A DNA stretch of 64,000 nt from Octopus bimaculoides (GCF_001194135.2 NC_068981.1:139499705-139563704); one strand, 5' to 3'. Positions 50,140 through 64,000 are shown, counted from the first letter of the stretch. The notes: a model not told the origin generated them from the letters alone. Numbers and translations: made by a program.

Positions 50140-50700
50140 TATGTTGTGCAACAATATGCATCTATAATCTATAGTACTGTAAAATATTCGGCCACCTTAT
50201 TTTCTAGATAGAGGTTTTACACAAGGCTTTCTGCTCCTTCTAAAGTTCTTTCTCATGTACCTTTTCGAACCCTGACCTTGGTCTTGCTTAAATCTTTGGC
50301 CCTGTCTCTCTACCAATTTTTATTATTTTGAACAATTTCAACTTCTTCCTTTACTTCACACTTCAGCCACAGCGTTTCTCTTTGTCTTTCTGTTCGTTTA
50401 TGATCTCATAAGTAGGTGTTACACGATATTTCACTGAGAAAATTAAAGAATCCAATAATGCAAAAACATATGAGGAGTTGTTAGAAACATTCACCAAGAG
50501 AATAGTTTCATGGTCTCATGACCATGCTTCTGCTAACCATAATCTGTTGAGATGGCACTTAAGTATAGAAAGGTCAAGAGAAAATTCATAGATAGGGCCG
50601 CCGTTGGAGAAAATGACAAGTAGAGTATTGATATATGGAAGGAGAATGGGGGCTCAAAACTGAAAGCTTAACACCACGTTCTGCACACAAATCTTGGCTT
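50140..50700 (-). mobile_element. Highly degraded LINE reverse-transcriptase relic (RTE/CR1-like)
   Basis: Fragmentary GVKLSVLSPILLPYIN (GVxQGSVLSP-like) and LSKTKV motifs with many stops. Confidence 0.35.
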
Positions 50701-52220
50701 CTTCCTCACACATCCCATTTTTTAACCATCTCTTACTATCTATATTGGTCCAGCAAATCAACGTCTACATGATACACAACATTTTCCCGTAATAATAATA
50801 ATTCTCATAATCTTAACTTGCAGTCAAAGCGAAAAAAGTCAAACATTCTCTGACCTTCTCCTTGTATGTCTGTCTAATTCGTTCTCTGCTTTCATAAATC
50901 GAGCATAAAGAGGAAGGCCCCGAAACATAAGACACTCAATAACTGAACGAACCAAACTTTTCTCCAAACTCATATATTGGTAAAAATACAGCCTAAAATA
51001 TAGCTGATGTAAAGAAAGGTGGGTGCTATTTGAACATGAAAAGACAGCCACAGATGTAACACATTTTTTTTTGACAGGAAAAGAATAATCGTCACTTACA
51101 CCGACAGACCGCCACGTGATAAATTCACCTACTAGGGCGGTCTAATGTAAATAAGTAACATAACAAAACGAAAATATAAAACCAGTTTCTTTTTGTTTTT
51201 AGATTGAAAGTGTTTTTTTCTTGTCTACAGCTTGCGTTAATTCTTATGATTTGACATGAAATTTTTATGAAGTAAGATTTTCGTGTAGAAAGCATCACTT
51301 TTATTTGCAAAAAGAAAAGTTAAATATTCAAACTTTTCGAGAAATAGCTGCATATTTGGAAAAAGTTTCCTTCAACCGCTATTACGTTCTCTTTCTCTCT
51401 ATATACACACACGCACACGCACACACATTCAGCCCGAAAAAAAGTATATGTAATTACATACATACATACATACATACATACATGCATACAGGTAGAATCA
51501 AAAGTTTCTATAGAAAATCAGAAGAGAAAGAAAATCGTTCTTTACAGTCAAAGCTGAATGTTATTATTAATATAGTCTACTGGCAAAGTTAGGGGTACCT
51601 TAGGTTTCGAAATCCATATTTGTTGATACTTATTTTATTTCTTCGTTTGTTATAAATCTATCATGACTTCCAATTAAGATACTGATATTAACTCGAGATC
51701 ACATTGTTGCTATCATGTTAAACTGTCATATGTCCAAATTTGGCCAAATGCGTTTTTTCAATATATAATTTGCTTGCAATAGCGGTTCATTTGATCAAAC
51801 TATCGTATCTACAAGTCCTTCAGATGCCAAGATGTGAAAATTGTCAAAGTGTAGTACAACGGTTTAGCATTTTTCAAAAGTGTACCAAGTCCCACATACG
51901 ACAGTTTTTCAAAAATATTTTTGACTGAAAATATCATGCATGCAAGGAGTTACGATTTTATGCACCCAACAAAGTATTATTGTTAAGATGAAACTGTCGC
52001 TAATGTAAAAAGAAATGGAATGGTGAAACTATCTTTTTGTTTTCTGAAAAAGCAAAGTTTTGGACTTACGACACTTTTGTATAATAATAACAATATGATT
52101 CAAAGTGCCAGAATTGATCAAGGGGCACGACTCCTGTTATATCTAGATGAAAACGTCTTATTAAAATGTTAGTTTATAGATTTTTTGGGCTGGTTAGTTG
52201 TCCTATGCTTGTTTCTTTAT

Positions 52221-52265
<45 letters not shown>

Positions 52266-52576
52266 GCGTGTTGGTGCAGTTAGTATGCATGCTTTGTATA
52301 TGTGCCAAGTCTGTTATTGTTACATATCAATTTGTAGATTGTTATGGGTAGAGGTTGATGTGTGATGTGTGCGTGTGTATGTGTGTATGCGTAAAATTAA
52401 TTTATGATGCTGATTAAGGTGTGTATATATTGGCGGATGTTGAAGTTGTGTGGTTATTCTACTATATTTTCCTGCAGATAGGAAGTGGCACCATATTATA
52501 AGCATCCTCTGAAGAGCTCACACTTATTGTTCAAACATACTGTATATTGTTAATCTCTGTAATATCTGGAAGTTCT

Positions 52577-52795
52577 GAAGCTGGCAGAATCGTTAGCATA
52601 CCAGGAGAAATACTTAGCGGTATTTTGTCTGTCTTCACGTTCCAGTTCAAGTTCCACTGAGGTCGAGTTTGCCTTTCATCCTTCGGGGCCCATAAATTAA
52701 GTACCAATTGCGTACTGGTATGCAACTGATGCTTAATCTAATCGACTGGCCCCTCCTCCAAAATTTCGGGCCTTGTGCTTAGAGTGGAAAAGAAT
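52577..52795 (+). mobile_element. SINE family B
   Basis: gctggcagaatcgttagc head; gaggtcgagtttgcctttcatccttcgggg domain; ccttgtgcttagagtggaaaag tail. Confidence 0.85.
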
Positions 52796-53269
52796 ATCTG
52801 ACAGTTCTCAGTTAGACAAAAAGCACATATTTTTGTTCTTCTGATATACACGCTGGACCTATATGGTATTCCTTTTTCTCTTAATTTCCAGACTCGCTTC
52901 GCAAGTGCCATTGTTTTCCTGTTTTCTGAGTATTATCGTTGATTTAAACAGTCGGGTCCCTTGCCCACATACTTTTCTACGCTCTCTGTTTAGCTGGTTT
53001 CAACTGGTGTAATGATGACCTCCAGCACTATAGATGTCTCTTTACATACTTGTTGTAGCGGGCACACTAACTATACAAGCACATACACATACAGCATAAA
53101 CAAACAACCACAGGACAACTAGCTAAATCACCAAATTACACATCTATAAACTGCCAATATTTTAATTAAAAAGAAAATCACTCAAATATAGCCGGAGTTA
53201 TATCCCCTGGTTAATTCTGTTGCAAGGAATCACGTGATCTCAAGTTAACATCTATATCCTCTTTGGGTT

Positions 53270-54200
53270 TGATGAGAAACCCATAAGAAACGACGGCAAT
53301 GTGTCTTGTGAGAGTCATTATTCATAAATACAAGGTTCGAAAGGCATTCAGTATATTTCTCTTTTCAAATCAATTAAGAGGTTGCAAATTCTTTTGTACA
53401 CAAGGTGCGGATGGAATTGGATGACTCTTATGGAAACACTTCAATCGTATCGAGGAGGAAATAAAAACATCTTAAATGCTCAGATATTATTATGACACCG
53501 CGATTTATCGTACGGGTTCAAAACGTTGTCTATGCTGATCCTGGAAAAGTCAACGAGGCTCATCACCAAAGTACTTCATGTGTCACACTGGCCTATCAGA
53601 ACTGTGGTGTACGAGGGCAAACTATAAAGGACATATAGACAGAAGAGAGGCCAATTCCCGTCTGGAAAAATACAAAAACACTATCTGATCATTGCCAAGT
53701 GGTAACATAACAAGATTAAAACGTATGGTATGCTTTTGTTCTTTGCTGATGGGAAAACCTTCATCAACACCAAAGGTCTACCAGGTGAAATGAAAGAATA
53801 GTCATGTGCAAATCATTTTCTGATATTCACAGAGTGGTGCACACTATGTTTCTAACGATTGTGATAGTTTTAGGAGTGGTGAGTAACAAAGATCATGGCA
53901 TACCACCTGACATCTTACAGATTCTCAAAATTAATGCCGCCGATTACGTGAGATGTGCCGAAGGCCGCTGTTAAGCACTGGACTGATGAAGCACTTCAAA
54001 AAGGCCATACAGGTTTCAACAATATTCAGTTTCTTCACGTAAAGTCCATATTACCAAAGAATAGATGTCAGGCGATGTTTACGATCATGTAACACCAAAC
54101 ATGTCGCCTCCAAATCCTTCAGATTTAAATCCCATTGACACGATATTGAAAGGGAGACTAATAGACATCGGGGAATCGCCATTAGGCTTCGCTACAGAAC
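53270..54200 (+). mobile_element. Decayed mariner-like (maT/DD37D-type) transposase relic
   Basis: LLFFADGKTF (SDEKxF), TIVIVLGVVSNKDHGIPP, FQQYSVSSRK (FQQDSAPxH) and DHVTPNMSPPNPSDLNPID. Confidence 0.75.
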
Positions 54201-54401
54201 CCCGTACAATGGAGACAAGTATAGTTTGAACACACAAAAACACACATTTGGCATCGTCATTTTCATGCCCAAATAAATAGTGATGCGACCGCCGAAAAAC
54301 AAAATAACGTTATGTCCCTATTCCACGAGCTGAGGTTGAAACCGTTTCTAGTTGGTCAGGGTATTGGTATTTCCTTTGTCCTGTCAACAAGCACAGTTAT
54401 T

Positions 54402-55407
54402 TGTAGCATAGGAGTGTGATCTCTGACCCTTTCCGGTCATCGAAAGTTCAGAAAAACAAGTAGGAACTGTACTAAACTGACCCAGCTTTGGAGGGGGTAT
54501 CGTAGCACCGTGAGCTACGGTGTCTGATATAAATACGAGAGCATAGATTTGGGAATCGCAGTTGGTGTAAACGGAGTTGGCGTAAACACAGCAGCCAGTG
54601 AAGATGGACCGAGCAGTTGGTGTAAACAAAATCATTGGATGAAGAACGCGAACCGGTGTGAAGGCCAGCAGCCAGTGGAGAAGCAAGATGAACAGAGAGA
54701 CTGACAGACAGAGGCTGAGAGAGAGGCTATTGTCAGAAGGTACCAGTCAGCAGAAATGGATAGAGACAGAGAGAGAGAGGGACAGAGAGATGGAACTGTT
54801 GTGGCAGGCAAAAGATTGTAGTAGACTACGTCGGTCAGTTCTTATCGAAGTGGTGGGAGATTTGAAGGAAAGGAAATTCTTGCGGTGAAGGTTTGTTTGT
54901 ATTTCTTTAAAGAAAAGTGTACTTGCGTTGTTATATATTTTTGTGAAGAACTTTTGTTAACTGTAATGTTAACTGGCAGAAAAGAAAAGAGAGAACTTTG
55001 TTGTTACATGTTGTTAAAAGAAAAGAAAAGCAAAAGAAGCAAAAATAACTTTTAATTGACTTTTGTGACACGAACTTTGATTGTAAACTTTATGATTATG
55101 TGAAATGATTGTAGACTTTGTAATTGTTCTGAAACTTTGTTAAATGCTTGGAAACTATTGTTACATGTGTTACTTGAGAAGCAAGTACTATGTTATTGAA
55201 TTATTGTTATGCAATGTTGTTTTGTATTATGATGCCAAAAAAAAGTTTCACTACGCAACGTATGGTCTGTGTTATTTCTTCCTGTCTGTTGTCATCGTTA
55301 CGTGCTCTGGCCGGGCTTAGCGGCGAACATCCTGACTCACTGAGCGTCGACGTTCGCGCGCGCGAGTTTTCTCTTCGTTGAGGTGCTCCGCGCGGGCGTT
55401 CGTAACA
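54402..55407 (+). mobile_element. Probable solo LTR (~1.0 kb)
   Basis: Begins TGTAGC and ends GTAACA, flanked by ttatt / atatt (5 bp, 1 mismatch). Contains a TATA-like gatataaata (about 54526), short direct repeats (g)cagttggtgtaaac, and a CpG-rich 3' part. No internal gag/pol. Confidence 0.5.
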
Positions 55408-57030
55408 ATATTTTCGAAAAATCATATATCATTTGAAAGTTCCAGATGTGAACTTTCCTCTCATATAGTGTTAATTAAAATCTGACAATTACATATGCCA
55501 GGGTCCCTCAAACATCCGGTATTTCCACGCATTTACAAAGTTTGTCCCATTTTTTTTTCACTGCTGAACGGCAGCCCTTCTTCTAGTTTAGTGCACTCGA
55601 GCGTCATAATTTGAGTTGTATTAAAATCATACTTGCATAAAGTGAAAGGTGTTTGCCTTTATTTTGACATAAAAGTCAATAGGGGTAAGGTCAGATAATC
55701 GTTACGAAATATTAAATTAAAATTTCACCGTTAATTGTCACCGAGGCTAAAACATCTTTTCAAGATTTTTATTACAAAAGGAAAAATTGTTTCACGAAAT
55801 CAATGTAATCATTGATAAATCTGGCCGTAGTGGGGCGAAAAAGTGCAAAGTGAGTAAAGAGGCTGGTATACTGACCCTACTTGTCAAACTGACGTATTCG
55901 CGCACGGCGAGGGGTCAAGCGAAACTCAAATTCAAGCCTTCAGACGAGAATGTTGTTTATTCCCTTTCACTATTTTAGCAACATTTGGAGAGCCGCTAGG
56001 CAAACCTAGCGGATATCCTTGTACAAGAAAATTTTGTTTTTCCTTGAGAAATATTGGTCAAATTCCGCGAATAGAAATTGTGCAATGAATATAGTTTTGT
56101 AGACCACTAGAGTCAGATGTGATGGGATTTTTTCCCCTATTTTGAATACAGTTAGTTTAATTTGTATTAGTATTTACATGTTCGTTTTGGGTCTTTTTCT
56201 CTCTCTCCTACTAAAGAATTTGCTGTAAGTTGCAGAAGTTGTTAATGCCTTGAATTTATGTTTCTAATGATTGAAACAAGGAATTTATTTTCACATTTTG
56301 TTTTTTAAAATCTAGGTCTACATTCAATTCGGAGATAAATATGAGGTGGTTGTTGGACGTGCTGTAAACAACAGCTAAATCTCCCTTAAATCGCACATCT
56401 TTTCGTATGAAAATATTTTCAAATATTCTAAATTCTTTTTTGCCAAAAAGGCTTCTCCCATCGATTGGTCAAAATAGGTCCGGATGGGAGTGGAAGACGA
56501 TAATAGTGTAAACACAGTTTTAAATTTCAAAAATTGTTTGTCATAAAAAAAGATTATGTCCATCATCTCTTAGACTGTGATAAAAAGAAAAAAATCGCAA
56601 AATCCAAAACGGAGAAAATCCAACTTATGTGGGTGTCCTGATACAAAACCCCGCCATCTATAGTCAGTTTTAATAGACCATTAGAATTTTATTGAAATGT
56701 TGTCATGTTTTAAATTCTCAGGATTTTGCCTTGACTGGCGCCTGTGCAGTAATCACGAATTGAGAACATCTAAACAAAAAATTGTTCCGTTCTCCTTNNN
56801 NNNNNNNNNNNNNNNNNNNNNNNNNNNNNNNNNNNNNNNNNNNNNNNNNNNNNNNNNNNNNNNNNNNNNNNNNNNNNNNNNNNNNNNNNNNNNNNNNNNN
56901 NNNNNNNNNNNNNNNNNNNNNNNNNNNNNNNNNNNNNNNNNNNNNNNNNNNNNNNNNNNNNNNNNNNNATGTTTAACAACTGGATGAATTTAATAAAAAC
57001 ATCTAAATATGAAACATCATGAAAAGTGCT

Positions 57031-57105
57031 CAAACTGATGTTCTTCAAACTGATGTTCTTCAAACTGATGTTCTTCAAACTGATGTTCTTCAAACTGATG
57101 TTCTT
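57031..57105. repeat. Minisatellite: 5 perfect copies of CAAACTGATGTTCTT (15 bp)
   Basis: Direct sequence. Confidence 0.95.
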
Positions 57106-58554
57106 CACTTTTTTTCCATTCGAGTCAATACAGAATTACAGATAGTATCTATGGAAGTTCGATTCACTGTCGAGTGACTTTTGGCCAACCTTGTATATAT
57201 AAAGATACTAAGAGAGCGGTGGCCTGGCAGAGTCCACAATTAATCAAGTGTACCCTTGATAAAAAGAAAGCTCGTAATCGGAGTCATAATCGATGCTGCT
57301 GAGTTAATGAAAGCAAATGTTCATTTAAACACACTCAAACGCGCACACACGCTTATATATCTACATCTATCTTCCCATCAATCTCTCTGTCTCTCTATTT
57401 ATCTATATGTGTGTGTGTGTTGTTTTCTTATGTGTATTTAGGTGCTAATTTCTATTTCAGATGATAAAATTAGTCCTTCATTGTATATCGATCACAAAAT
57501 ATAATGACCTAAAATGAGTTATAAATATGAAAATAATTAAAAAAAATATTAAAAATAATAAATTGGAGTGTGACGTCGTACCCAACTTGCTACTTTCTAT
57601 ATTTTTGCAACGTCATTTTTATCGATTATAATTGCATGAATCTATAGCCTGTAACCTATTCTTTTCCTCAGATGATAAAAATATTGTTTTAATCATTTAA
57701 TTTTGACAACCTCTTTACAATCTCAAAATTAAAGTAATCTCGTCGAACATGACTAAAGATAGGAAAGGAGAGATTCAATCGATAAATAAATTTCTTTTAA
57801 TTAGTTACAAAACCCACTGTGTGTTCAGGAGAGAATCGCTATATCCGATTTAGTAGCTTCGATACATTGAGATAGTTTGTTTCTCTGGAGCTGGCTGAAT
57901 AAACTGCTTAGAAACATATCCTCCGTCTTTACATTCTGAGTTCAAATTCTGCAGAGGTCAGCTTTGTCCTGCATCCTTTCTAATACTTTAAATGAAATAT
58001 TTTTGTTGTGTCTAGGGAGAGTCATTTGTTTCAATACACGAATTCGCATAAAGAATCTTGCAAACCAGAAGCAAAAACGAAATGAAATATATTTTCAAAA
58101 TATAATTAGAATGTCACTTAGGAATAGCAATTTGGTTTATTTCATTAATATCCAGTACAACGGAATATCCTATCTCGGTTCAATATTTAGTTGTTATCCT
58201 TATATATTTAGTTGTATATCTGCCTGATTACTCTAGATTGTTACCCCAAAACTGTCAGAGAGAAAGCCTAATCACATATTGTCATAAAGAATTAATTCAT
58301 TCAAGTTTTCCTTACAAAGCAGAGCAATTATATTCACAAATTAATTGCCAAGTCAACAATACCAGATAATGTGAGGATGCATGGTTCTAAAGAAATGTGT
58401 ACCTGCTGAGTACCTGCTTGGTGTCGATGTAATCGACTAACCATTCCTCTAAAATTTTAGACCTTATGCTTATAGATGGAAGAGTTATTAATTCAAAGAG
58501 ATAGAATCGGATTCGATCCTTGCATCACTCTTTTACAGACCTGTGAAGTATTTT

Positions 58555-58729
58555 TCTTACTATAGGCACAAACATATAATGTTTTGGGGAAGGGGCTAGT
58601 TGATTGTATCGACCTCAATCCCAACTCTCAACTGGTATCTATTTAATCGACGTCGAAATGATGTAAGACAAATTCCACCTCAGAGGAACTTCAACTCAGA
58701 ATGTAACGATTCTGCCAGCTCGTAGCCTT
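58555..58729 (-). mobile_element. SINE family B, internally deleted
   Basis: tataggcaca...actggtatctatttaatcgac...ttcaactcagaatgtaacgattctgccagctcg. Confidence 0.75.
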
Positions 58730-58752
58730 TACGTGAGGTATATTACTAGATA

Positions 58753-59082
58753 AGTGAAGGCATGTGGTTTAGTGGTTAGTGGGATTCGGCGCACGATCTT
58801 TAGGTAGTGAGTTCGATAACCGGCGGTAGTTGTGTCATTCAGCAAGACACTTTATTTCACGTTCCTCCAGACGACTCAGCTGGCAAAAATGAGTAATGTC
58901 TGTATTTCAAAGGACCGTCCTTGTGTCACATCCTGTGTCACATTGAATCTCCCTGAGAGGTGTGTTAAGTGTACAAGTGTCTGTAGAGTCCCAAGCCACT
59001 TGCATGTTAATTTCACGAGCAGGCTGTTCCGTTGATCGAATCAGCTGGAACCCTCATCGGCGTGACTGACCGAGTGCCAAGT
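58753..59082 (+). mobile_element. SINE with a family-D-like head/core and a family-C tail, 10-bp TSD
   Basis: B-box gagttcgataacc; core gtcattcagcaagacactttatttcacg; tail cacttgcatgttaatttcacgagcaggctgttccgttgatc. TSD ttactagata is at 58743-58752 and 59083-59092. Confidence 0.85.
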
Positions 59083-59414
59083 TTACTAGATATAAGACAA
59101 TGGAAGAATGTTTAAATGAGATTTGGGGTCACCTAGAATCAGCACACATATTTTCTTCAGAACGAACCAAACATTACCATTTTCAAGAAAGAAACACACA
59201 TTAAATAAGGTAGTTTGGAGAAATCACAAAGCATGATTAGTTATGAGTGGAACGTGTCTGATCACAGGTGTTCGCAATCAGTATTAACTTGGAACCAAAA
59301 GACAGTCAAAGCAAGGTCTGAATTGTTAACACACACAGACGCGCACCCACATGAACACACACGCGTGCAAATATGTATATAGCTGCATCATATAGTTATT
59401 CTAANNNNNNNNNN

Positions 59415-59456
<42 letters not shown>

Positions 59457-60184
59457 ATATTCATGATAAGTTCTGGATGTGTTGGCTTGATGTAGCATAG
59501 TATCATCATGGTTAGAAAGAACACTATGATCATAGGTCTGCGTTATCTAAACTGACCTGCGTCTAGACAACAACAACAACAACAACAACGTTACTACATG
59601 CGATAAAACATTCAACGTCTGTCATTTTTATCTCCCTCTTATAGATATACTATTAAAATATTTATTTTTTTACGCTTGCAAAAGTTACTACTGTGTACTG
59701 AAACTGTCTATTTCAAGAAATGTTCGTCGATAAAAATAAATTACAGTGGGTGTAGTTACTATCAGGATTGGAAAAAAAACCCTGACATTTGCTCTTCTTC
59801 AGAGGAGAAAGAATATAGGCGAGACGTGGTTATGTGGTTTAAGGGGCTCGCTTTGTCATCAAGTTGTTTCGGGTTCATTCTTACTGCGCGGTACTTTGGG
59901 CAAAGCGGCTTATAAAATAATCAAAGAGAGAGGTGATGGTCAAAGCTGGGAGAGAATAAATCCTAAATATTCTTAAAAATATAAATGCCGATGAACGTTG
60001 GTCTGCTAGATCGCACCTAACCTGGGGCTAAATATATATTAAAAAAACAAAACAAAAAAAGAAACATGATATTCCAGTTGCTCACTATGATTCCTTATTG
60101 ACCCGGAGATAAAACGAAACGTGTTAGAATTAATGTATTCTCTTAACCATTCTGTCTAACTTTCGTAAAAAACCATAATTTTGA

Positions 60185-60345
60185 GGTAGGAAGATATCAG
60201 TTACATCGACCCCAGGGCTCAACTGTGAGAGGGTGACATGGAAAGTCGACCACGGTAGGATTTGATGTCGAAACACAAAAAGCCAGAAGAAATGCAGTGA
60301 AGCATTTTGTCCGGCTTGGTAACAATTCTTTCAATTGACTACCTT
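60185..60345 (-). mobile_element. SINE family B, diverged
   Basis: gttacatcgaccccag...gaaagtcgacc...agcattttgtccggc. Confidence 0.65.
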
Positions 60346-62329
60346 CATGTGTTCTTTCAGTGATGTAGCATGTGTTCGTCTGATATGTTACATAGTTTAG
60401 CAATCATATAGAATTTTCAATACAATACTTCGTGTATTCACAGAAGAACAGTTAAGAGAATGCATGGGACTCTCAGATCTCTGCTGAAGATTATCTTAAT
60501 TTCTCTATGCATTTTCTTCGTTCATGTGTTGCAGTTAAAAAACGTATGGCAAGGCAGTTACACAGTTGGTGTTTACAAACCAATAAAGAATCTGTTTGTT
60601 GACACTTGCTGTGACAGAAATAGCAATCAGTTGACTTCAATTCACACAATATCTTAGGGGGAAAATATACACGCGTTAAAGACAATTTGGCCACATTAGG
60701 AATGACTGTGATCATAAGGTTGCTAGACCACGGCTGACATGGAGCTAAACAACAAGAAGACTTCCCAAGTATATACTGTTCTCTTTCAATCAATGATCTC
60801 TGTGTACAGCGAAGGGACTACACTTATTAGAAATTAAGTATCACGATCAATGATATAACGCAGATCCACATTATGAATCGACAATCATTGACATCTAATT
60901 AAACTTAGTCTTGCATCATAACCCCATTCACGTCTAGGATGTTTATAGCAATATAAAGCATCACTGGTAATCTATTTTAATGACCGCAAAAGGATGAAAG
61001 GCTAAGTTAACCTTGCCATAATTTGAAATCTGATTATAAATGCTGTAAATAAATACCTCAAGGAATTTTTCTGTCCATCACGTGTTTTCCTCTAATTGAA
61101 GAGGAGAAATGTAGAATATTTATTTCCCTCGTGCACTATTGTGATAATGATAAGTAGAAGTAATTAACGAGTTAGCAATATAATTTTATCTATGAACAGG
61201 CGATCAGCCCATTTGATTTAGGAGAGGGGCTTCTGTTTTGATGATAATAGTTTTCTCGAAGGTGTTAGAGGCGTATGTGAAATAAAAGGGTAGAAACGGG
61301 AATCGAAACAAATTAACGAATTCCTTCCTTACAGCATGTAAAACTTAGAATCATGAAAAATACAAAATTAAAATGGTACAACGTCAGGAAGAGTGAATTG
61401 CAACTTTAATCATCATGTTATTTTAATTAGAAGCAGTGAAAAATTTTCGGCACTAAGAAACATAAAAAAGAACACAATAATTCATATATGAAAAGAAAAA
61501 TGAATTTTAATGATTTTTTTCGAACAAAGGATAATATAAGACCATAATTTGACATTTAAATGGAGATTATTTGCATAATACCAATAAAAACAGATTAAAA
61601 TGTTATCTTATCGATTATTTGCCTTTTCTAAAGATATTTTTAATTTAAATTTGTTTTCAGATTTTTCTTTAAGATTTTATTAATTAAAAATTAGAAGACC
61701 TTGTGTGAAATGTTAAAAAGAAAACCATTCTTATTAAATTTCAAGTAAGAATTAAGTTATGTAGTTTTTTTTTGGTACCGTGTAGCAACACTCCTCTAGG
61801 GACTGCACATAACTGAGGCATGAATTTTACAGTCACGAGAACTAGCAGTGCATCATTCAGCTGTGTGAACGCCATGCCTCGACAGCAAGTTATTTGGATA
61901 AGCGGAGCCCTGGATATACGTTTCGTTCTTGCTTTGTACTAATTCTATTATTTTTGCATAATGCAACTGGTGAAGAATGATGTAGTTAGTTACAGATTTC
62001 CAATTAATCAAATACTAGTTTACTAAATTTCTCATGTCGAGAGTGACAAGGCCGGTGTCTAATTTGATGCAGAGTAAATATTAAAAATCAAAAACTGCAT
62101 TCATAAAATACACATTTTTGGTTTTTTTCCGCAATTTTTCATAATTTACACCGAAAAATATCGGGGAAAGAAAGCCATACACATATACAGAGAAATAAAC
62201 ACACTTAAGCGCACTCATAAGCACACATATATATCTTGAGATATAAATGCCTAGGCACGAAATTCCATTTTTTGTTGGTTGTATTTATTGTATCACTTCT
62301 CAAAACGTGTAATGAAAAAGTAGCAGATG

Positions 62330-62384
62330 TGCCAAAAGAGGTGGAATAGAGAGAAGTAAAGAAAGAGGAAAGATAGTCGGGAGA

Positions 62385-62445
<61 letters not shown>

Positions 62446-62780
62446 GGAAAGAGGATGAGAAAGAGAGATAGAGATAGCCAGCAGTCAATCAATAAAAAAA
62501 ATGAGCCAATCAGTCAGGTGAATAGAAAATAAAATATTGAAAAGATGAAAGAAAGTGGGCAAATACCTGAGTAGAAGAGGTGGAAAAAGAAAAAATAGAC
62601 CTCTCCGGTATAGAGGGGGAATTAGAGAGGTGACGTGATAAATAAAAGAGGTATAGAGGGTGAGCAAATGAAAGAGAATGAAAGATATTAAGACAATGAA
62701 ATTAATTTATGATATGGAAGTGTGAATGTCGGATGATGACGTTTAGAAAAGGAGAAAAAGAGGTAGAACAGATGTCTATT
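62330..62780. repeat. (TA)n(GA)n and purine-rich low-complexity region
   Basis: Direct sequence. Confidence 0.8.
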
Positions 62781-63309
62781 GGTAGAAACAAGAGACAGGA
62801 AAGAAACATAATGATATGAATGAATCAGCGAAAATAATGAAGAGGTCTGGGAATTGGGAGCATAAAAACTGAGTCGGCATTTCAAAAGAAAGCAACAATT
62901 AACTGGAAGTGAAACTGATGAACAGAAGATGTTCGTTTTCGAAATGCAGAAAAGAAAAAAAAATTATGCCTTGCTTAATTTTTCTTCCGTTTATCTTTAT
63001 TCTCGTTGCTACAAGTTTTGCCTATGTTTCTTGTGCTTCTTATCATTTTTCTGCACTTCCTGTCTCCAATTAAAATCAAACATTATTTGAAACAAAAAAG
63101 AAAGAAAAGAACACAAATAAAGTATTTTTGATGGGCTTTGTAACGAATAATGATAGGCTTTGGATATTCTTAGTCCCTAGGAAGCATTTTTAGTGGAGTG
63201 CTAAGAAAATACTTACTACAATAATGTATGAGACACACCGAGTTAAATCAGATAGACACAGACAACTAGACATCGCTATAAATATAATGAAATACATATA
63301 TAAATATTG

Positions 63310-63523
63310 GTTTCAAATTTTGGTACAAGGCCAGCAATTGATGGGGGAGGGGAGAAGTCAATTATATCGATCCCAGTACTCAACTGGTACTTATTTTATC
63401 GATTCCGAAAGGATGAAAGATAAAGTTGACCCCGGTGGAATTTGAACTCAAAACCTAAAAACGGGTGAAATGCCGCTAAGCATGTTGCGCGGCTTGCTAA
63501 CGATTCTGGCAGCTCGCCGCCTT
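63310..63523 (-). mobile_element. SINE family B, full length
   Basis: tggtacaaggccag...tcgatcccagtactcaactggtacttattttatcgat...tttgaactcaa...ctaacgattctggcagctcgccgcct. Confidence 0.9.
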
Positions 63524-64000
63524 AAATATACATATATATAGATATTAAATATCTTCTTCGGAACATGATTGTGTTTCTAGCATCATTGGTGTTATTTATC
63601 ATAGCGTTATTTATCTGCATTATTTGCGAATATACAATTGTGTTGCAAAATGCATAGCGTGCATATTTGTACAGATATATAAACATAATTTGTTATACAC
63701 TGAAATTGTAATCAGATGGTGAATGCTGTGAAACGGCCGTAAGCCTAAAGATAAGTGGTTAAATAAATATATTCAATTCTCAAACCTGCAGACGTTTTAT
63801 GGTTTATATATTCCTCATGAAATTATTTCATTGTTGAGGTTTTCTGGATTTCAGCTGCATGGAACTATGCACTATACTCCTCTGTATTGGTTTAATGTGT
63901 GGTCTGTTAACCGAATCCGTTAGAGATTTCAATGATAGTCACGCGATTCTATGAATCCATATATTACACTACAAATATCTATTAAACAATGCCAGCCGAA

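Noticed and set aside
55499-56000. hAT MITE (cagggtccctcaaac ... tttggagagccgctag)
   Set aside because: The ends match each other only loosely, and no 8-bp TSD was found.

Overview
AT-rich eukaryotic (metazoan) scaffold, most likely from an octopod cephalopod. This is inferred from recalled SINE and transposon families and from the short-read pattern of microsatellite-flanked gaps; it is not database-verified. There are six N-gaps (12205-12642, 17197-17678, 21649-21977, 44250-44650, 56798-56968, 59405-59414). I recognise no host protein-coding exon; the window reads as intronic or intergenic DNA dominated by mobile elements. These include an RT-less L1/Tx1-like LINE (5'UTR+ORF1+APE endonuclease) with a SINE inserted in ORF1, three RLE-type (NeSL/HERO-like) LINE 3' fragments, many tRNA-derived SINEs of at least four families, two Tc1/mariner families, a Chapaev/CMC-like transposon with nested insertions, a piggyBac 5' end, a probable solo LTR, and two long-TIR MITEs carrying TTAGGG arrays. 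Most notable are several Penelope-type (PLE) fold-back insertions carrying minimal hammerhead-ribozyme (HHR)-like motifs: one is joined to a tRNA-like head, and one may have a G3:C8 core swap. A single GC-rich non-repeat island at about 47.3-47.6 kb folds into a ~105-nt hairpin. Coordinates were read by eye, so element ends are approximate unless a target-site duplication (TSD) is quoted.
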